30,026 nucleotides of DNA, from the NCBI GenBank assembly GCA_016839515.1, contig JAEOUE010000119.1, positions 1 through 30,026 of the forward strand, read 5' to 3'. Source of the stretch: Candidatus Hodarchaeum mangrovi (GTDB lineage Archaea; Asgardarchaeota; Heimdallarchaeia; Hodarchaeales; Hodarchaeaceae). Both the position numbers and the translations under genes were made by a program. The notes under the pieces are model-generated. The model was not told the DNA's origin and searched no databases. It saw only the letters and a list, made by a program, of their open reading frames with translations. Below, piece after piece: positions 8,852 to 17,939 of this stretch; the first letter of the stretch is position 1; the number at the start of each line of letters is the position of its first letter.

Positions 8852-9370
8852 ATGAAGAGGGGAAATGAAAAACTTAAACGTCTAGGGGTTATCATTATAG
8901 GAATTGGGTTATATTTTTTAACATTGGGAATATTTTTAGGATTAGCATTCGTATCTGCCTAACTCCTTTATGTATTATCAGTTTCAAACTCTGAAAAAGA
9001 TGTTGTCCTCAGTTATCTCCGAGAGACGTTAAATATAATATTGATTCTCCTGTTTTGGAGTTCAGTCTTAGTAGCAGTGATTCCAAGTTCCTTTATCACG
9101 ACAAAAGTTACTCAAAATCCATTAAATGGGCTAGTGACAGTAAAATGCTCAATCTACATACTATTCATACCATTATTTGTCATTTCTCTAATCGAGACTA
9201 TTGATTTATTACTTAAACCTAATGAAACTGCTTATGATGATTTAATTGATGCTTGGGGAATTTTTAGTTTATTTTTTCTAGTCTTTATATCGTTCATCTA
9301 TTATAAATTGTCGATAAAAATAAATCAGTATGCTTCTCATCAGGCTATAACCCAGGTTAAGTTAAGATGA
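8852..9370 (+). pseudogene. Multi-pass membrane protein gene interrupted by one in-frame TAA (pseudogene or sequence error)
   Basis: ATG 8852 is in frame with the tracked 9041 ORF (63 codons upstream) and reads MKRGNEKLKRLGVIIIGIGLYFLTLGIFLGLAFVSA*(TAA 8960-8962)LLYVLSVSNSEKDVVLSYLRETLNIILILLFW..., giving about 4 TM helices in total. Confidence 0.65.
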
Positions 9371-9393
9371 ATAGTGTAACAAACAACGAATTT

Positions 9394-9930
9394 TTACTGA
9401 GAAAAGAATTTTTCAGTTATGGTTTTAAAAAAAATATTAAAATCATAATCCTCAAAAAACTGGATCGATTGCTGATAGAAAGAGTTTCTGTCCATTCCAG
9501 TTATTTCTTGTATTGATTGATAAATTTTATTTAAATCAAAAGAACGAAAAGCCTCTTCATTCCCCCCAAGCTGGTTACATAATAATATAATTAGTCTTAG
9601 GCTCTTCTGTGACTGAAGAAAAACTTCTTGTACCCATTTGGGAATATTTTGAAACGTTTCATAACGATTATCATAGATTACAATTAATAGATGTGTACCC
9701 CGATAAAAAAGTGGACGGATATTTTCAAACCGTTTTTCCGCGGAAGGAAAATGGAGAGAATATGCTCCTTCATGTCCAAATGTTTGGAAACGACGTGAAC
9801 ATACAGTTATTCCAGTAGTAGGGCGTTGATTGGTAAAGAAATTGAATGTAGTAACTTTTTGACGAAATATGGATTTTCCTACTCCTACATCTCCAACCAC
9901 CACAACTTTGATTGTTAGGGGTTTAAACAT
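9394..9930 (-). CDS. Divergent Rab-like small GTPase with degenerate G3/G4/G5
   Basis: G1 intact (KVVVVGDVGVGKS), G2 QRPTTGI, and RFENIRPLFYRGTH retained. DxxG is replaced by HFPSAE, NKxD by CNQLG, and there is no SAK. Confidence 0.85.
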   Translation of the reverse strand: MFKPLTIKVVVVGDVGVGKSIFRQKVTTFNFFTNQRPTTGITVCSRRFQTFGHEGAYSLHFPSAEKRFENIRPLFYRGTHLLIVIYDNRYETFQNIPKWVQEVFLQSQKSLRLIILLCNQLGGNEEAFRSFDLNKIYQSIQEITGMDRNSFYQQSIQFFEDYDFNIFFKTITEKFFSQ

Positions 9931-10033
9931 GCTTCATCACAATTGATGTCGTCTTAAAAACTAAGTATTTCCAATTCTTTATTTCAATTTGACCGAATTA
10001 AAATGTTGCATTAATTTAAAATCGCTTGGCTTA

Positions 10034-10429
10034 TCATACAGAATATTTCCCATGATACGATAGGGGGAGATCCTTAAGAATTGCATTGGGGTATTGATCA
10101 CTCCAAAATTTTAAATAATCATTTCTATTTTCTTTCCAGACTTCGTACATTTGCCAAAGATTTGATGGGTAATTCTGTAAACTTAATTCATATTCATGAA
10201 CCTCTACTTCTCTAGTGAGTTTTTCCCTAATTATAGAAGTGATAGCGAGAGTACCGTATCCATAAAAGACCAAGTCAATGGATAATAACTTCTTGATCAC
10301 TAAATCTCCTTTTATCTCTGCTAATACATATTTTTCTTCATCTTTTGTAAAATAAAATGAATTAGATAACGTATAATCCTTTTCGGGGTAGATAGGAAGA
10401 ACAAACAGAGGTGCATTAGTGATTTCCAT
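10034..10429 (-). CDS. Hypothetical protein
   Basis: 131-aa non-overlapping ORF with an ATG start and protein-like composition. No family recognised. Confidence 0.6.
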   Translation of the reverse strand: MEITNAPLFVLPIYPEKDYTLSNSFYFTKDEEKYVLAEIKGDLVIKKLLSIDLVFYGYGTLAITSIIREKLTREVEVHEYELSLQNYPSNLWQMYEVWKENRNDYLKFWSDQYPNAILKDLPLSYHGKYSV

Positions 10430-10565
10430 GGATCTATTTCACATTTCATGGATTATATTCTTTTCTAAATAGAAAATTAATGCTTGGCCCTTATTTTAGA
10501 AATTTCAGAGGATTTTGCCAATTTAAGTGAGTATTTAATAGAAATCATTTATTTTAGCATAATTT

Positions 10566-12671
10566 ATGCTTTTAATAGACACAAACAATTCTGGTGATTC
10601 AAAAATGTTTGATCTAAGAATGTATTATAAACAAGAAAATGAGAAAGTTAAGGACAGCTACTTAAAATCGATTGACCTGATAGAACATATTCTCTCAGAA
10701 ATTAACCAGACAAAGGATGATACTAAAAATAATTACTACGCTTATCTTAAAACCATTAGTAAACTTATCCTTAAGATGTATACCCTAGAAAAATCTTTAA
10801 ATGATGATTATTTCAAGGTAAAATCCTTTAAAGAATTACTCAAAGAGAATAATTCTTATTATGAAGAATTGTTACCAGAAAATTATGATTACAGTTACGC
10901 AAATCCCAAATATTGTGTTGAGGTCTTTGGGGAGCAATATGGTCAACTGCTTTCTTGGTTTTATACCCTCTATCGTAATTATATTACATATGCTTTTTAT
11001 CATAAACAGTTTAAAATGGAAGAATATAATCAGTTATTCATTAACGTCTATAATTATATTAAAAATAATAGAATCGAATTTGAAAAACTTAAGGAAATTT
11101 TCACAAAGATTATGAAGAAAGATGCTTCAATAGACGTTTATCACCAATATAAAGAGCAATATGATCCAGAATTTAAATATTATACCAGTATAATTGAAAA
11201 TTCTGACTTAAATGATCCAAAATATCTTTTTAGATTTGGTCAATACATATCTGAGAATGAAATAAAAGCAAGTTCCTTTCTTGCTAATGAAATATCCTCC
11301 AATACACTAGAACAACAAGCAGAGGCAATTATCAAGGCATATTACAAAGGTTTTGTGCGAGATAATAAGGATGTAACAAAGAAGTCCACAATTGGTTTTT
11401 TCCCTATAATTGGCCTTGAGAAACTTTATCATATTATGATTCAAGGATTTAAAAACCATCAAAATCAATTAAAAACTTGTTTTTTAGGTTATCGGTCAAC
11501 AAAAGCCAATGAACAATATGGATTTGACCATAAGTTTGATCTAGCTTTATATTTAGATGAAAATTATAAAAATAAACGTATAAATGATTATAAAGAAGGA
11601 TTGAGGAAAAATAAGGATATCTTAAACGAGTATTCAGGGATTATGTATATTGAAAAATTCGGTGATCCACAGTTCAGTCCTGAAACGAAACCAGAAAATT
11701 TGAAATTAACAAAAGATCAACAAAACCTTTATCAACAATTTAATTCAGAAATTTTTCAGTTAATTGATCAGTTTATTCCTCGTGCTGAGACTTCTTTTTG
11801 TATTGTAGGATTCCCAACCCCTAAAATTGGAGAAAATTTTAAAGCGATTTTTGAAGAGACCATAAAGATAAATATGTTGGATTCTACTAGATATGAAGAG
11901 ATTCAAAGCCATATTGTAAATACTCTTGATAAAGCGGTTAAAGTTCACGTTAAAGGAAAGGACTCTAATAAAACTGATTTAATTATCACTCTGCAGCCTC
12001 TTAAAGACCCATCTACCCAAACAAACTTTGTTAATTCAGGTGCTTCAGTTAATATCCCCTGTGGAGAAGTTTTTACTGCCCCACAGCTTAAAGGGACTAA
12101 TGGTATTCTCCATGTTTCTGAAACCTATCAAAGTGGCCTTCGTTATGATAATCTCGTAATAACTTTTCAAGATGGTTACACAATTGATTATAACTGCTCT
12201 AATTTTGAAAAAGATGAAGAAAATAAGAAATATATCATGGAAAATCTATTATTTCCGCATGAATCCTTACCAATTGGCGAATTTGCGATTGGCACAAATA
12301 CAATTGCCTATATTATGGCTAGAAAATACAATATTATGAATCTATTGCCCATTTTAATTCTCGAAAAAACTGGACCACATTTTGCTATTGGAGATACATG
12401 TTTTTCACGTCGTGAAGATGGAGAAGTGTTTGATCCGATTACTTCCAAAAAGGTTTGCAGCAAGGACAATGAAAAATCCATTCAGAGAAAAAAGGATCCC
12501 ATAGAAGCTTATACAAATAAACATGAGGATATAGTTCTTCCATTCGATGATATCGAATGTATTACTGCAATAACTAATGATAATAAGCGCATTGATATTA
12601 TTAGAAACGGTCGTTTTGTTCTAGAGGGAACTAAAGAATTGAATAGACCTCTAGATGACCCAAGATTCTAA
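10566..12671 (+). CDS. M29 (aminopeptidase T/AmpS-type) metallo-aminopeptidase with long N-terminal extension
   Basis: C-terminal NIPCGEVFTAP, IGEFAIGTN, EKTGPHFAIGD and HEDIV are M29 metal-binding motifs. The start may be the ATG at 10605. Confidence 0.88.
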   Translation: MLLIDTNNSGDSKMFDLRMYYKQENEKVKDSYLKSIDLIEHILSEINQTKDDTKNNYYAYLKTISKLILKMYTLEKSLNDDYFKVKSFKELLKENNSYYEELLPENYDYSYANPKYCVEVFGEQYGQLLSWFYTLYRNYITYAFYHKQFKMEEYNQLFINVYNYIKNNRIEFEKLKEIFTKIMKKDASIDVYHQYKEQYDPEFKYYTSIIENSDLNDPKYLFRFGQYISENEIKASSFLANEISSNTLEQQAEAIIKAYYKGFVRDNKDVTKKSTIGFFPIIGLEKLYHIMIQGFKNHQNQLKTCFLGYRSTKANEQYGFDHKFDLALYLDENYKNKRINDYKEGLRKNKDILNEYSGIMYIEKFGDPQFSPETKPENLKLTKDQQNLYQQFNSEIFQLIDQFIPRAETSFCIVGFPTPKIGENFKAIFEETIKINMLDSTRYEEIQSHIVNTLDKAVKVHVKGKDSNKTDLIITLQPLKDPSTQTNFVNSGASVNIPCGEVFTAPQLKGTNGILHVSETYQSGLRYDNLVITFQDGYTIDYNCSNFEKDEENKKYIMENLLFPHESLPIGEFAIGTNTIAYIMARKYNIMNLLPILILEKTGPHFAIGDTCFSRREDGEVFDPITSKKVCSKDNEKSIQRKKDPIEAYTNKHEDIVLPFDDIECITAITNDNKRIDIIRNGRFVLEGTKELNRPLDDPRF

Positions 12672-12703
12672 AAACGTGGAAAAAGAAAATAGATATTCCA
12701 TCG

Positions 12704-13099
12704 TCATTTTTTAAATTCCATAAGATAATAACTATAACCAAAGCCTATGAGAAACCCTAGAAGGAGCAACGGAGCAATTAATCCAAAAATTGGATAATTA
12801 ACAGATCCAATGACTGTCCAAAGAGATCCAAAAATGCCTAAGATTAACCAGACAAGTTCCATCTGTACTGTAATCTTTACATTTGACCATCCTGATTCTC
12901 TATAGCCTAAGATTGAACTAAGTGCAATCCCGATAAACGCTGCTCCTAGCACTCTGACTACATAATAATCTTCAATGGGCCATTCAAGGAAATCTAGCAC
13001 TATATCTGGAATTAATAAATAACCCAGACCAAAGATTGTCGCTATAAAGAAATGAATTAGAAATACATATTTTAATACCTGAGGATATTCCTTTGCCAT
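12704..13099 (-). CDS. Small 4-TM membrane protein
   Basis: Four hydrophobic segments. The ATG at 13099 (MAKEYP) follows a GGTGA SD and is preferred over the tracked start at 13132. Confidence 0.75.
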   Translation of the reverse strand: MAKEYPQVLKYVFLIHFFIATIFGLGYLLIPDIVLDFLEWPIEDYYVVRVLGAAFIGIALSSILGYRESGWSNVKITVQMELVWLILGIFGSLWTVIGSVNYPIFGLIAPLLLLGFLIGFGYSYYLMEFKK

Positions 13100-13516
13100 A
13101 AAATCACCCTTATAATAAAATGATTGTTTCAATATTGAAACTTGTTTATTAAGCCAAATTACCTTTAAAAGTTTTTTACTAAAATCTATATCAAAATCTG
13201 CATTCTTAAGAAAATGATCTGATTAATTTTTGCAATAAGGTAATTTTTTATCCAATGGATTGAAGAATATCGTTCTTAATTATAATGACAAAAGATTTAT
13301 TTGATTTGGTATTAAGGTTTCCAAGAAAAAAACAAATGGGTTTATAAAGGATCTTGAAGAAGTATAAATAGAACCAAAATCTGAATTTTATTAATAAGAT
13401 AGATGTATAAAACGATTTACTGTTCTTAGTTGACAGGTTTTCGTAGATTAGACCTTTATTTTAATTTAGTTATTTTTTAGGTTTTTGGTTATTAAACTAT
13501 AAAAGATGTTAAAACA

Positions 13517-14041
13517 ATGTCATATACAAGGGGCGACCCCCAAAATATTGAAACTCATGACGTCAAGATAGAAGACGTAAAACCACTTGAAAAGCATATT
13601 AATGTTACTTTCAAAATTGTAGAAAGAACTGAAGAACGAGAAATAAACACACGATCAGGAGATACGAATCGTGTCTGCGATTTTACTGTTGCAGATGAAA
13701 CAGGTTCAATTATTTTAACCCTTTGGAATGAAGATATCGACTTCATTGAAGATGAAGAGATATTTAAGCTTTCCAATGGATTCGCAAATATCTTCCAAAA
13801 CTCCATTCGTCTTTCTAAAGGAAAGTTTGGTGAATTATCAAAAGAAGAAAGTTCAATGGAAAACCTTAATACAGAGAATAATCGCTCAGCTGAACACATA
13901 GAGGACCCTCGTAGGAGATCTTTTGATAATCGTTCATCCTATGGAGGATCTAGAGGTTATGGAAGTAATAGATCATCGGGTGGATATGGAAATCGTGATC
14001 AAGGGCGTCGTAGGTCAAGCGGCCGTAGTAATCGTTGGTAA
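13517..14041 (+). CDS. ssb: Archaeal single-OB-fold single-stranded DNA-binding protein with G/S/R/Y-rich tail
   Basis: KIEDVKP...NVTFKIV, VADETGSIILTLWNE, NGFANIFQNSIRLSKGKFG match the crenarchaeal-type SSB/RPA OB fold. Low-complexity C-terminal tail. Confidence 0.9.
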   Translation: MSYTRGDPQNIETHDVKIEDVKPLEKHINVTFKIVERTEEREINTRSGDTNRVCDFTVADETGSIILTLWNEDIDFIEDEEIFKLSNGFANIFQNSIRLSKGKFGELSKEESSMENLNTENNRSAEHIEDPRRRSFDNRSSYGGSRGYGSNRSSGGYGNRDQGRRRSSGRSNRW

Positions 14042-14064
14042 AAATACCTAGAGAATATCCATCT

Positions 14065-14093
14065 TGGGGATTAAAAATCCCCATCTTTTTTAT
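14065..14093 (+). terminator. Hairpin plus T-tract downstream of ssb, between convergent genes
   Basis: TGGGGATT(14065-14072)-AAA-AATCCCCA(14076-14083) is a perfect 8-bp stem followed by TCTTTTTT. Confidence 0.6.
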
Positions 14094-14147
14094 TAATCTG
14101 TCACTGTTCTTCGCTATTAAATTCGAATTATAATTAATAATATCCAT

Positions 14148-14906
14148 TTATTTTACGAAAGCTAGCAGTATTATAAAAAACATGCCAACGAAAAATGCGA
14201 TTAAACTCTTCCAACTTTGATTTTGATGTGTTTTAGGAATAAGATCTGAAGCTGCTACATAAACAAAGGTACCAGCACCTAATGCGAGCAATAACCCAAC
14301 CAAGGAATCTGAAATATTACGAATAAACAAGAGAGAAATTAACGCCCCAAATGGAGTAGCAATTGCTACAATAACGGATAAAAAAATTGCTCTTTCTGGA
14401 AGAGTTTCATTAATAAGAGCAAAGGAAGTAATTCCTTCTGGAACTTCGTGAGCAATGACAGCAATAGATGCTAAGATTCCTATTTCAGTACTAATCTCGA
14501 ATCCTACCCCGATTATGATACCATCAATGAGCGAGTGAAATGCTAAACCAGAAAAAGTCATTACACCTGTTATTGGTAAAAGATGAGAATGAGGTTCATC
14601 TTCATCTACACAATAAGGTAGTTCAATGCCAGAATTGATCATCAGAAAGTTTTCTAATAAATAAAATCCAAAAAATCCTAAAAATATTATTTGAGGTGCT
14701 ATATCAGATAATTCTATGGCTTCAGGCATTAAATGAAAAAAAACTAATGCTAGCATTAAACCAGCTGCAAATGAAGTAATGTGTCCCGAATTGTTCATCG
14801 CCCAATCCTGTTTCCATCGGATCATTATAATACCTGATAAAGTAGCTATCCCAGCTAGAAATCCATAGAATAACACTGTTATTTCAAATTCTAACATACG
14901 TCTCAA
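14148..14906 (-). CDS. ZIP (Zrt/Irt-like) divalent metal transporter
   Basis: FAAGLML, HLMPEA, His-containing loop (EPHSH), TM4 HSLIDG, TM5 AHEVPEG, GTFVYVAASDLIP. The start is probably the ATG at 14897. Confidence 0.93.
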   Translation of the reverse strand: MRRMLEFEITVLFYGFLAGIATLSGIIMIRWKQDWAMNNSGHITSFAAGLMLALVFFHLMPEAIELSDIAPQIIFLGFFGFYLLENFLMINSGIELPYCVDEDEPHSHLLPITGVMTFSGLAFHSLIDGIIIGVGFEISTEIGILASIAVIAHEVPEGITSFALINETLPERAIFLSVIVAIATPFGALISLLFIRNISDSLVGLLLALGAGTFVYVAASDLIPKTHQNQSWKSLIAFFVGMFFIILLAFVK

Positions 14907-15084
14907 CCCTAAAATACCGAATGAGAATTTTCATAATCATCCTAGCGAAAAATAAACATTTGAAGATTATAATAGTTTTTCTTAATAATTTTATACCTAT
15001 ATAAATTTTAACCACACAAGGTTACCTAAAAATAATCAGCAATGATACAAGGTTTCAAATAGTCCTTCAACCCAATTATAAACT

Positions 15085-15216
15085 ATGATAGTAATTCAAT
15101 CCTATCAAGAATTGTATTCAGCTCTAAAGGTCATAGAACTTGCAAAGAAAAGTGAGTATCCAGTCTATAAAGAATTAGTACAGAAAATTGAAGAACAAAT
15201 CCAAAAATTACTGTAA
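15085..15216 (+). CDS. Small 43-aa helical ORF (micro-protein or gene remnant)
   Basis: ATG...TAA reads MIVIQSYQELYSALKVIELAKKSEYPVYKELVQKIEEQIQKLL, an amphipathic helical composition. Below the ORF-track cut-off. Confidence 0.35.
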   Translation: MIVIQSYQELYSALKVIELAKKSEYPVYKELVQKIEEQIQKLL

Positions 15217-15270
15217 AATAGAAAGGTAAAACCTTTTTATTTAAGAAAATCATAATTATCTTGTTAAATT

Positions 15271-15399
15271 ATGAGTAGATCGATTGTTGACAAAAGGACA
15301 AATATCCTCCCTAGACTTAGAAGTTTGCTATATTTCTTGCTTATACTTATTGGTATCCTACTAATTATCAATTGGTTAAAGAAACAAAATCTGATTTAA
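15271..15399 (+). CDS. Small 42-aa single-pass membrane protein
   Basis: MSRSIVDKRTNILPRLRSLLYFLLILIGILLIINWLKKQNLI: basic N-terminus, one TM helix, basic flank. A BRE/TATA-like AAAACCTTTTTATTTAA lies about 30 nt upstream, and the ORF ends 16 nt before the SDR gene. Confidence 0.55.
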   Translation: MSRSIVDKRTNILPRLRSLLYFLLILIGILLIINWLKKQNLI

Positions 15400-15415
15400 A
15401 TAGAGATCAAGTATA

Positions 15416-16420
15416 TTGCAAAACTCAGAAGAACTATACCTAGTAACAGGAGCCTGTGGATTTGTCGGATCGAATTTAGTCGACTTTCTATTGACTCAGG
15501 GGTTAAAAGTCCGAGCTACGGATCTTCCTAATGCAAATACAATATATATTCCTTCTAATAGCCGATTAGAGTTTATTCCAGCAGATCTTACAGACCCACA
15601 AAACATAAAGAAAATCATTCAAGGTGTGACTCATATTTATCATCCTGCTGGCATTTTTCGGTTTAATGCTTCAGAAAAACTTCTGTATAAAGTTAATGTA
15701 CTTGGAACCTCAAATCTCCTTTCTTCTGCTCTTAGTGAAAATATTGTTCATATTGTAAATTGGAGTACAGCGATGGTTTATGGAACCCTGAACCATATTC
15801 CTGCCGATGAAACTCATCCTATCTCTCCTAATGAACCCTATTCACAATCAAAATGGGCTCAAGAACAAATTGCTCTTTCTTTTTATGAAGAAAATGGCCT
15901 TCCATTAAGTATCATTCGCCCAACTGCTATTTATGGCCCTCGTTCAATGTATGGAACAGCATTAGCTATTCGAGCATTTCTTGAAGGGAAAATTTTTGGT
16001 ATCCCAGGAAATGGGCAGACTATTCAACATCATGTTCATGTTATTGATGTAATTCGGGCAGCAAATTTCATTACTAATACTAAACAAACAATAGGTCAAA
16101 TCTACAATATTGCAGATGAAGAACCATTATCACTTATACAAACACTAGAATGTTTAGCAGAGTTTACTAATCAAAAAGTACCTAAAATACATATCCCACG
16201 GAGATTAGTGCTTTTCTATGGAGTTCTAGATCGCTTATATAACACTATCAGAGGAGGAGAAAGCTTATTTGAAAAAGCAGCATTGAACTTATTATTTTCA
16301 GATCATATCTTTGATAACACATTTTTAAAAAAATTAGGATTTGAATACAGCATTCCATCATTTAAACAGGGGATCCGAGAAACATTATTATGGTATAAAA
16401 CTCAAGGAATCGAATTCTAG
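15416..16420 (+). CDS. Extended SDR, NAD-dependent epimerase/dehydratase (3-beta-HSD/dihydroflavonol reductase-like)
   Basis: LVTGACGFVGS Rossmann motif, IYHPAG, VNVLGT, WSTAMVYG, catalytic YSQSK, IIRPTAIYGP. TTG start. Confidence 0.92.
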   Translation: MQNSEELYLVTGACGFVGSNLVDFLLTQGLKVRATDLPNANTIYIPSNSRLEFIPADLTDPQNIKKIIQGVTHIYHPAGIFRFNASEKLLYKVNVLGTSNLLSSALSENIVHIVNWSTAMVYGTLNHIPADETHPISPNEPYSQSKWAQEQIALSFYEENGLPLSIIRPTAIYGPRSMYGTALAIRAFLEGKIFGIPGNGQTIQHHVHVIDVIRAANFITNTKQTIGQIYNIADEEPLSLIQTLECLAEFTNQKVPKIHIPRRLVLFYGVLDRLYNTIRGGESLFEKAALNLLFSDHIFDNTFLKKLGFEYSIPSFKQGIRETLLWYKTQGIEF

Positions 16421-16513
16421 GGAAAGATTTAATATTTTAATAATAGAAGCTATCCTTGGATTGCCTAAAACTATCATTTTATAATTAAAAGTAAAAGTAA
16501 AATTATTAACTCT

Positions 16514-16864
16514 ATGATTCCTATAGAAATTGATTTTATGGCTCGTAGAAAGTACTCGTTTGAATTAGAGATCTATAAAAGTGGCTGTCCTTATCACCAT
16601 GAAGGAGATAAATTTTTTTACCCTGATGAGAAGGCAAAACTCTGTTCATGGTTATTAGATAGTGCAAACACAATGATTCGTGTACTAGAATATGATGGTA
16701 TACTACCCTGGACATATTCAGGAACTCCATATGAAAAACAGATAAATAAAGATGGAGTCACCACTGAATTTGTCCGTTGTCCCGATCCTACTTCAGCTGG
16801 AGTAGTTCTTAAAATCTTAAGAAAAAAAGTATCTGAAAATGAAATCAAGACAACTGTTCCATAA
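16514..16864 (+). CDS. TIGR04076-like small Cys protein
   Basis: GCPYHHEGDKFFYP, LCSWL, GILPW, VRCPDP...VVLKI, the same pattern as 1914..2171. The start is probably the ATG at 16538. Confidence 0.8.
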   Translation: MIPIEIDFMARRKYSFELEIYKSGCPYHHEGDKFFYPDEKAKLCSWLLDSANTMIRVLEYDGILPWTYSGTPYEKQINKDGVTTEFVRCPDPTSAGVVLKILRKKVSENEIKTTVP

Positions 16865-16913
16865 TTCTCAAAAAAGGCAAAACGGTTTGAAAGAATCTGT
16901 TTAGGAAATAACA

Positions 16914-17852
16914 ATGGTCTCTACCCATTCAAAAAAAGAATTAATTTCACGAGTGCTCAATTATTGGATAGAAGAAAGTATTTGGCAAATTGAAGGAAAA
17001 TTTTATACGGATATTGAAAAAATCAATGAATTTTTAATCCAAGAGTATAAATCAATTCCTGATGTAGAACGAATTGGAAAAGGAAGATTTTTCATCGCTA
17101 AAACTGTTACTCAAGGAATTATACCTTTAATCGAAGAGTATTCCGAAGAAAGACTCTTGTTTATTATCAAGAAAATGTTTAATTTTGCAGAAAAAGAAAA
17201 CAAGTTATATCTAAAATATTTCAGTCTAGTTTTAGCGGGAGAATGTGCAACATTTTCAATGACGTTGATGCAAAATATTTTGAATTTAGCTCAAACGTGG
17301 TTAAATCATCCTGATTGGGAGATAAGGGAAACTTCGATCTATATTCTACGCAAAAGTATGCAAGTACATACTGGAGAAGTTTTATCTCTCCTAGAATCAT
17401 GGAGTATCTCTTCCTCTCCTAATCTAAGACGTGCCATAGCAGAAGGCCTAAGACCCTTGGAAGATAATAAATGGTTACGAGATCCTACCAAAAACGATCA
17501 AATACTCGAAATCCTTGCTAGATTGAGTACAGACCCCTCTGTGCATGTACGAAAGTCAGTGGGTAATAATCTGAAAGATCTTACTAGATATATGCCTGAA
17601 AAAATTCTTATTCTTGCCTCAACATGGATAATGAATTATAATATTCAGGTAGTTGACGATCTTGCTTCAAAATCAAAGAAAGAACTAGGACAGACCCAGT
17701 ATTATTTAATCTGGACTTTAAAACATGCTTTCCGCTGGATTCAACAACGAAATCCAGAATTCCATGAACAACTAACTCAGGTTTTAGGAAAAAATTATGT
17801 CATGTATTTTAATGAAAAAAGAAATAGATTAGCGAGACCCCCATTACTTTAA
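16914..17852 (+). CDS. HEAT-repeat DNA alkylation repair-like protein (AlkC/AlkD superfamily)
   Basis: Repeated HEAT-like units: HPDWEIRE, SSPNLRRAIAEGLRP, DPSVHVRKSVGNNLKDLTR. Confidence 0.8.
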   Translation: MVSTHSKKELISRVLNYWIEESIWQIEGKFYTDIEKINEFLIQEYKSIPDVERIGKGRFFIAKTVTQGIIPLIEEYSEERLLFIIKKMFNFAEKENKLYLKYFSLVLAGECATFSMTLMQNILNLAQTWLNHPDWEIRETSIYILRKSMQVHTGEVLSLLESWSISSSPNLRRAIAEGLRPLEDNKWLRDPTKNDQILEILARLSTDPSVHVRKSVGNNLKDLTRYMPEKILILASTWIMNYNIQVVDDLASKSKKELGQTQYYLIWTLKHAFRWIQQRNPEFHEQLTQVLGKNYVMYFNEKRNRLARPPLL

Positions 17853-17939
17853 ACAAATTATAGAAGAGAATCAAAATAAAATTCTGAAAAAAAATCGGGA
17901 TTCTCAGACTCTGGAGGCTATTAAATTTTAAATATCTTC

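Noticed and set aside
3411-9370. Stop-codon recoding (Sec, Pyl or alternative code) as an explanation for the in-frame stops
   Set aside because: The stops include TAA and are of mixed type, and intact genes in the window end normally at TAA, TAG and TGA.
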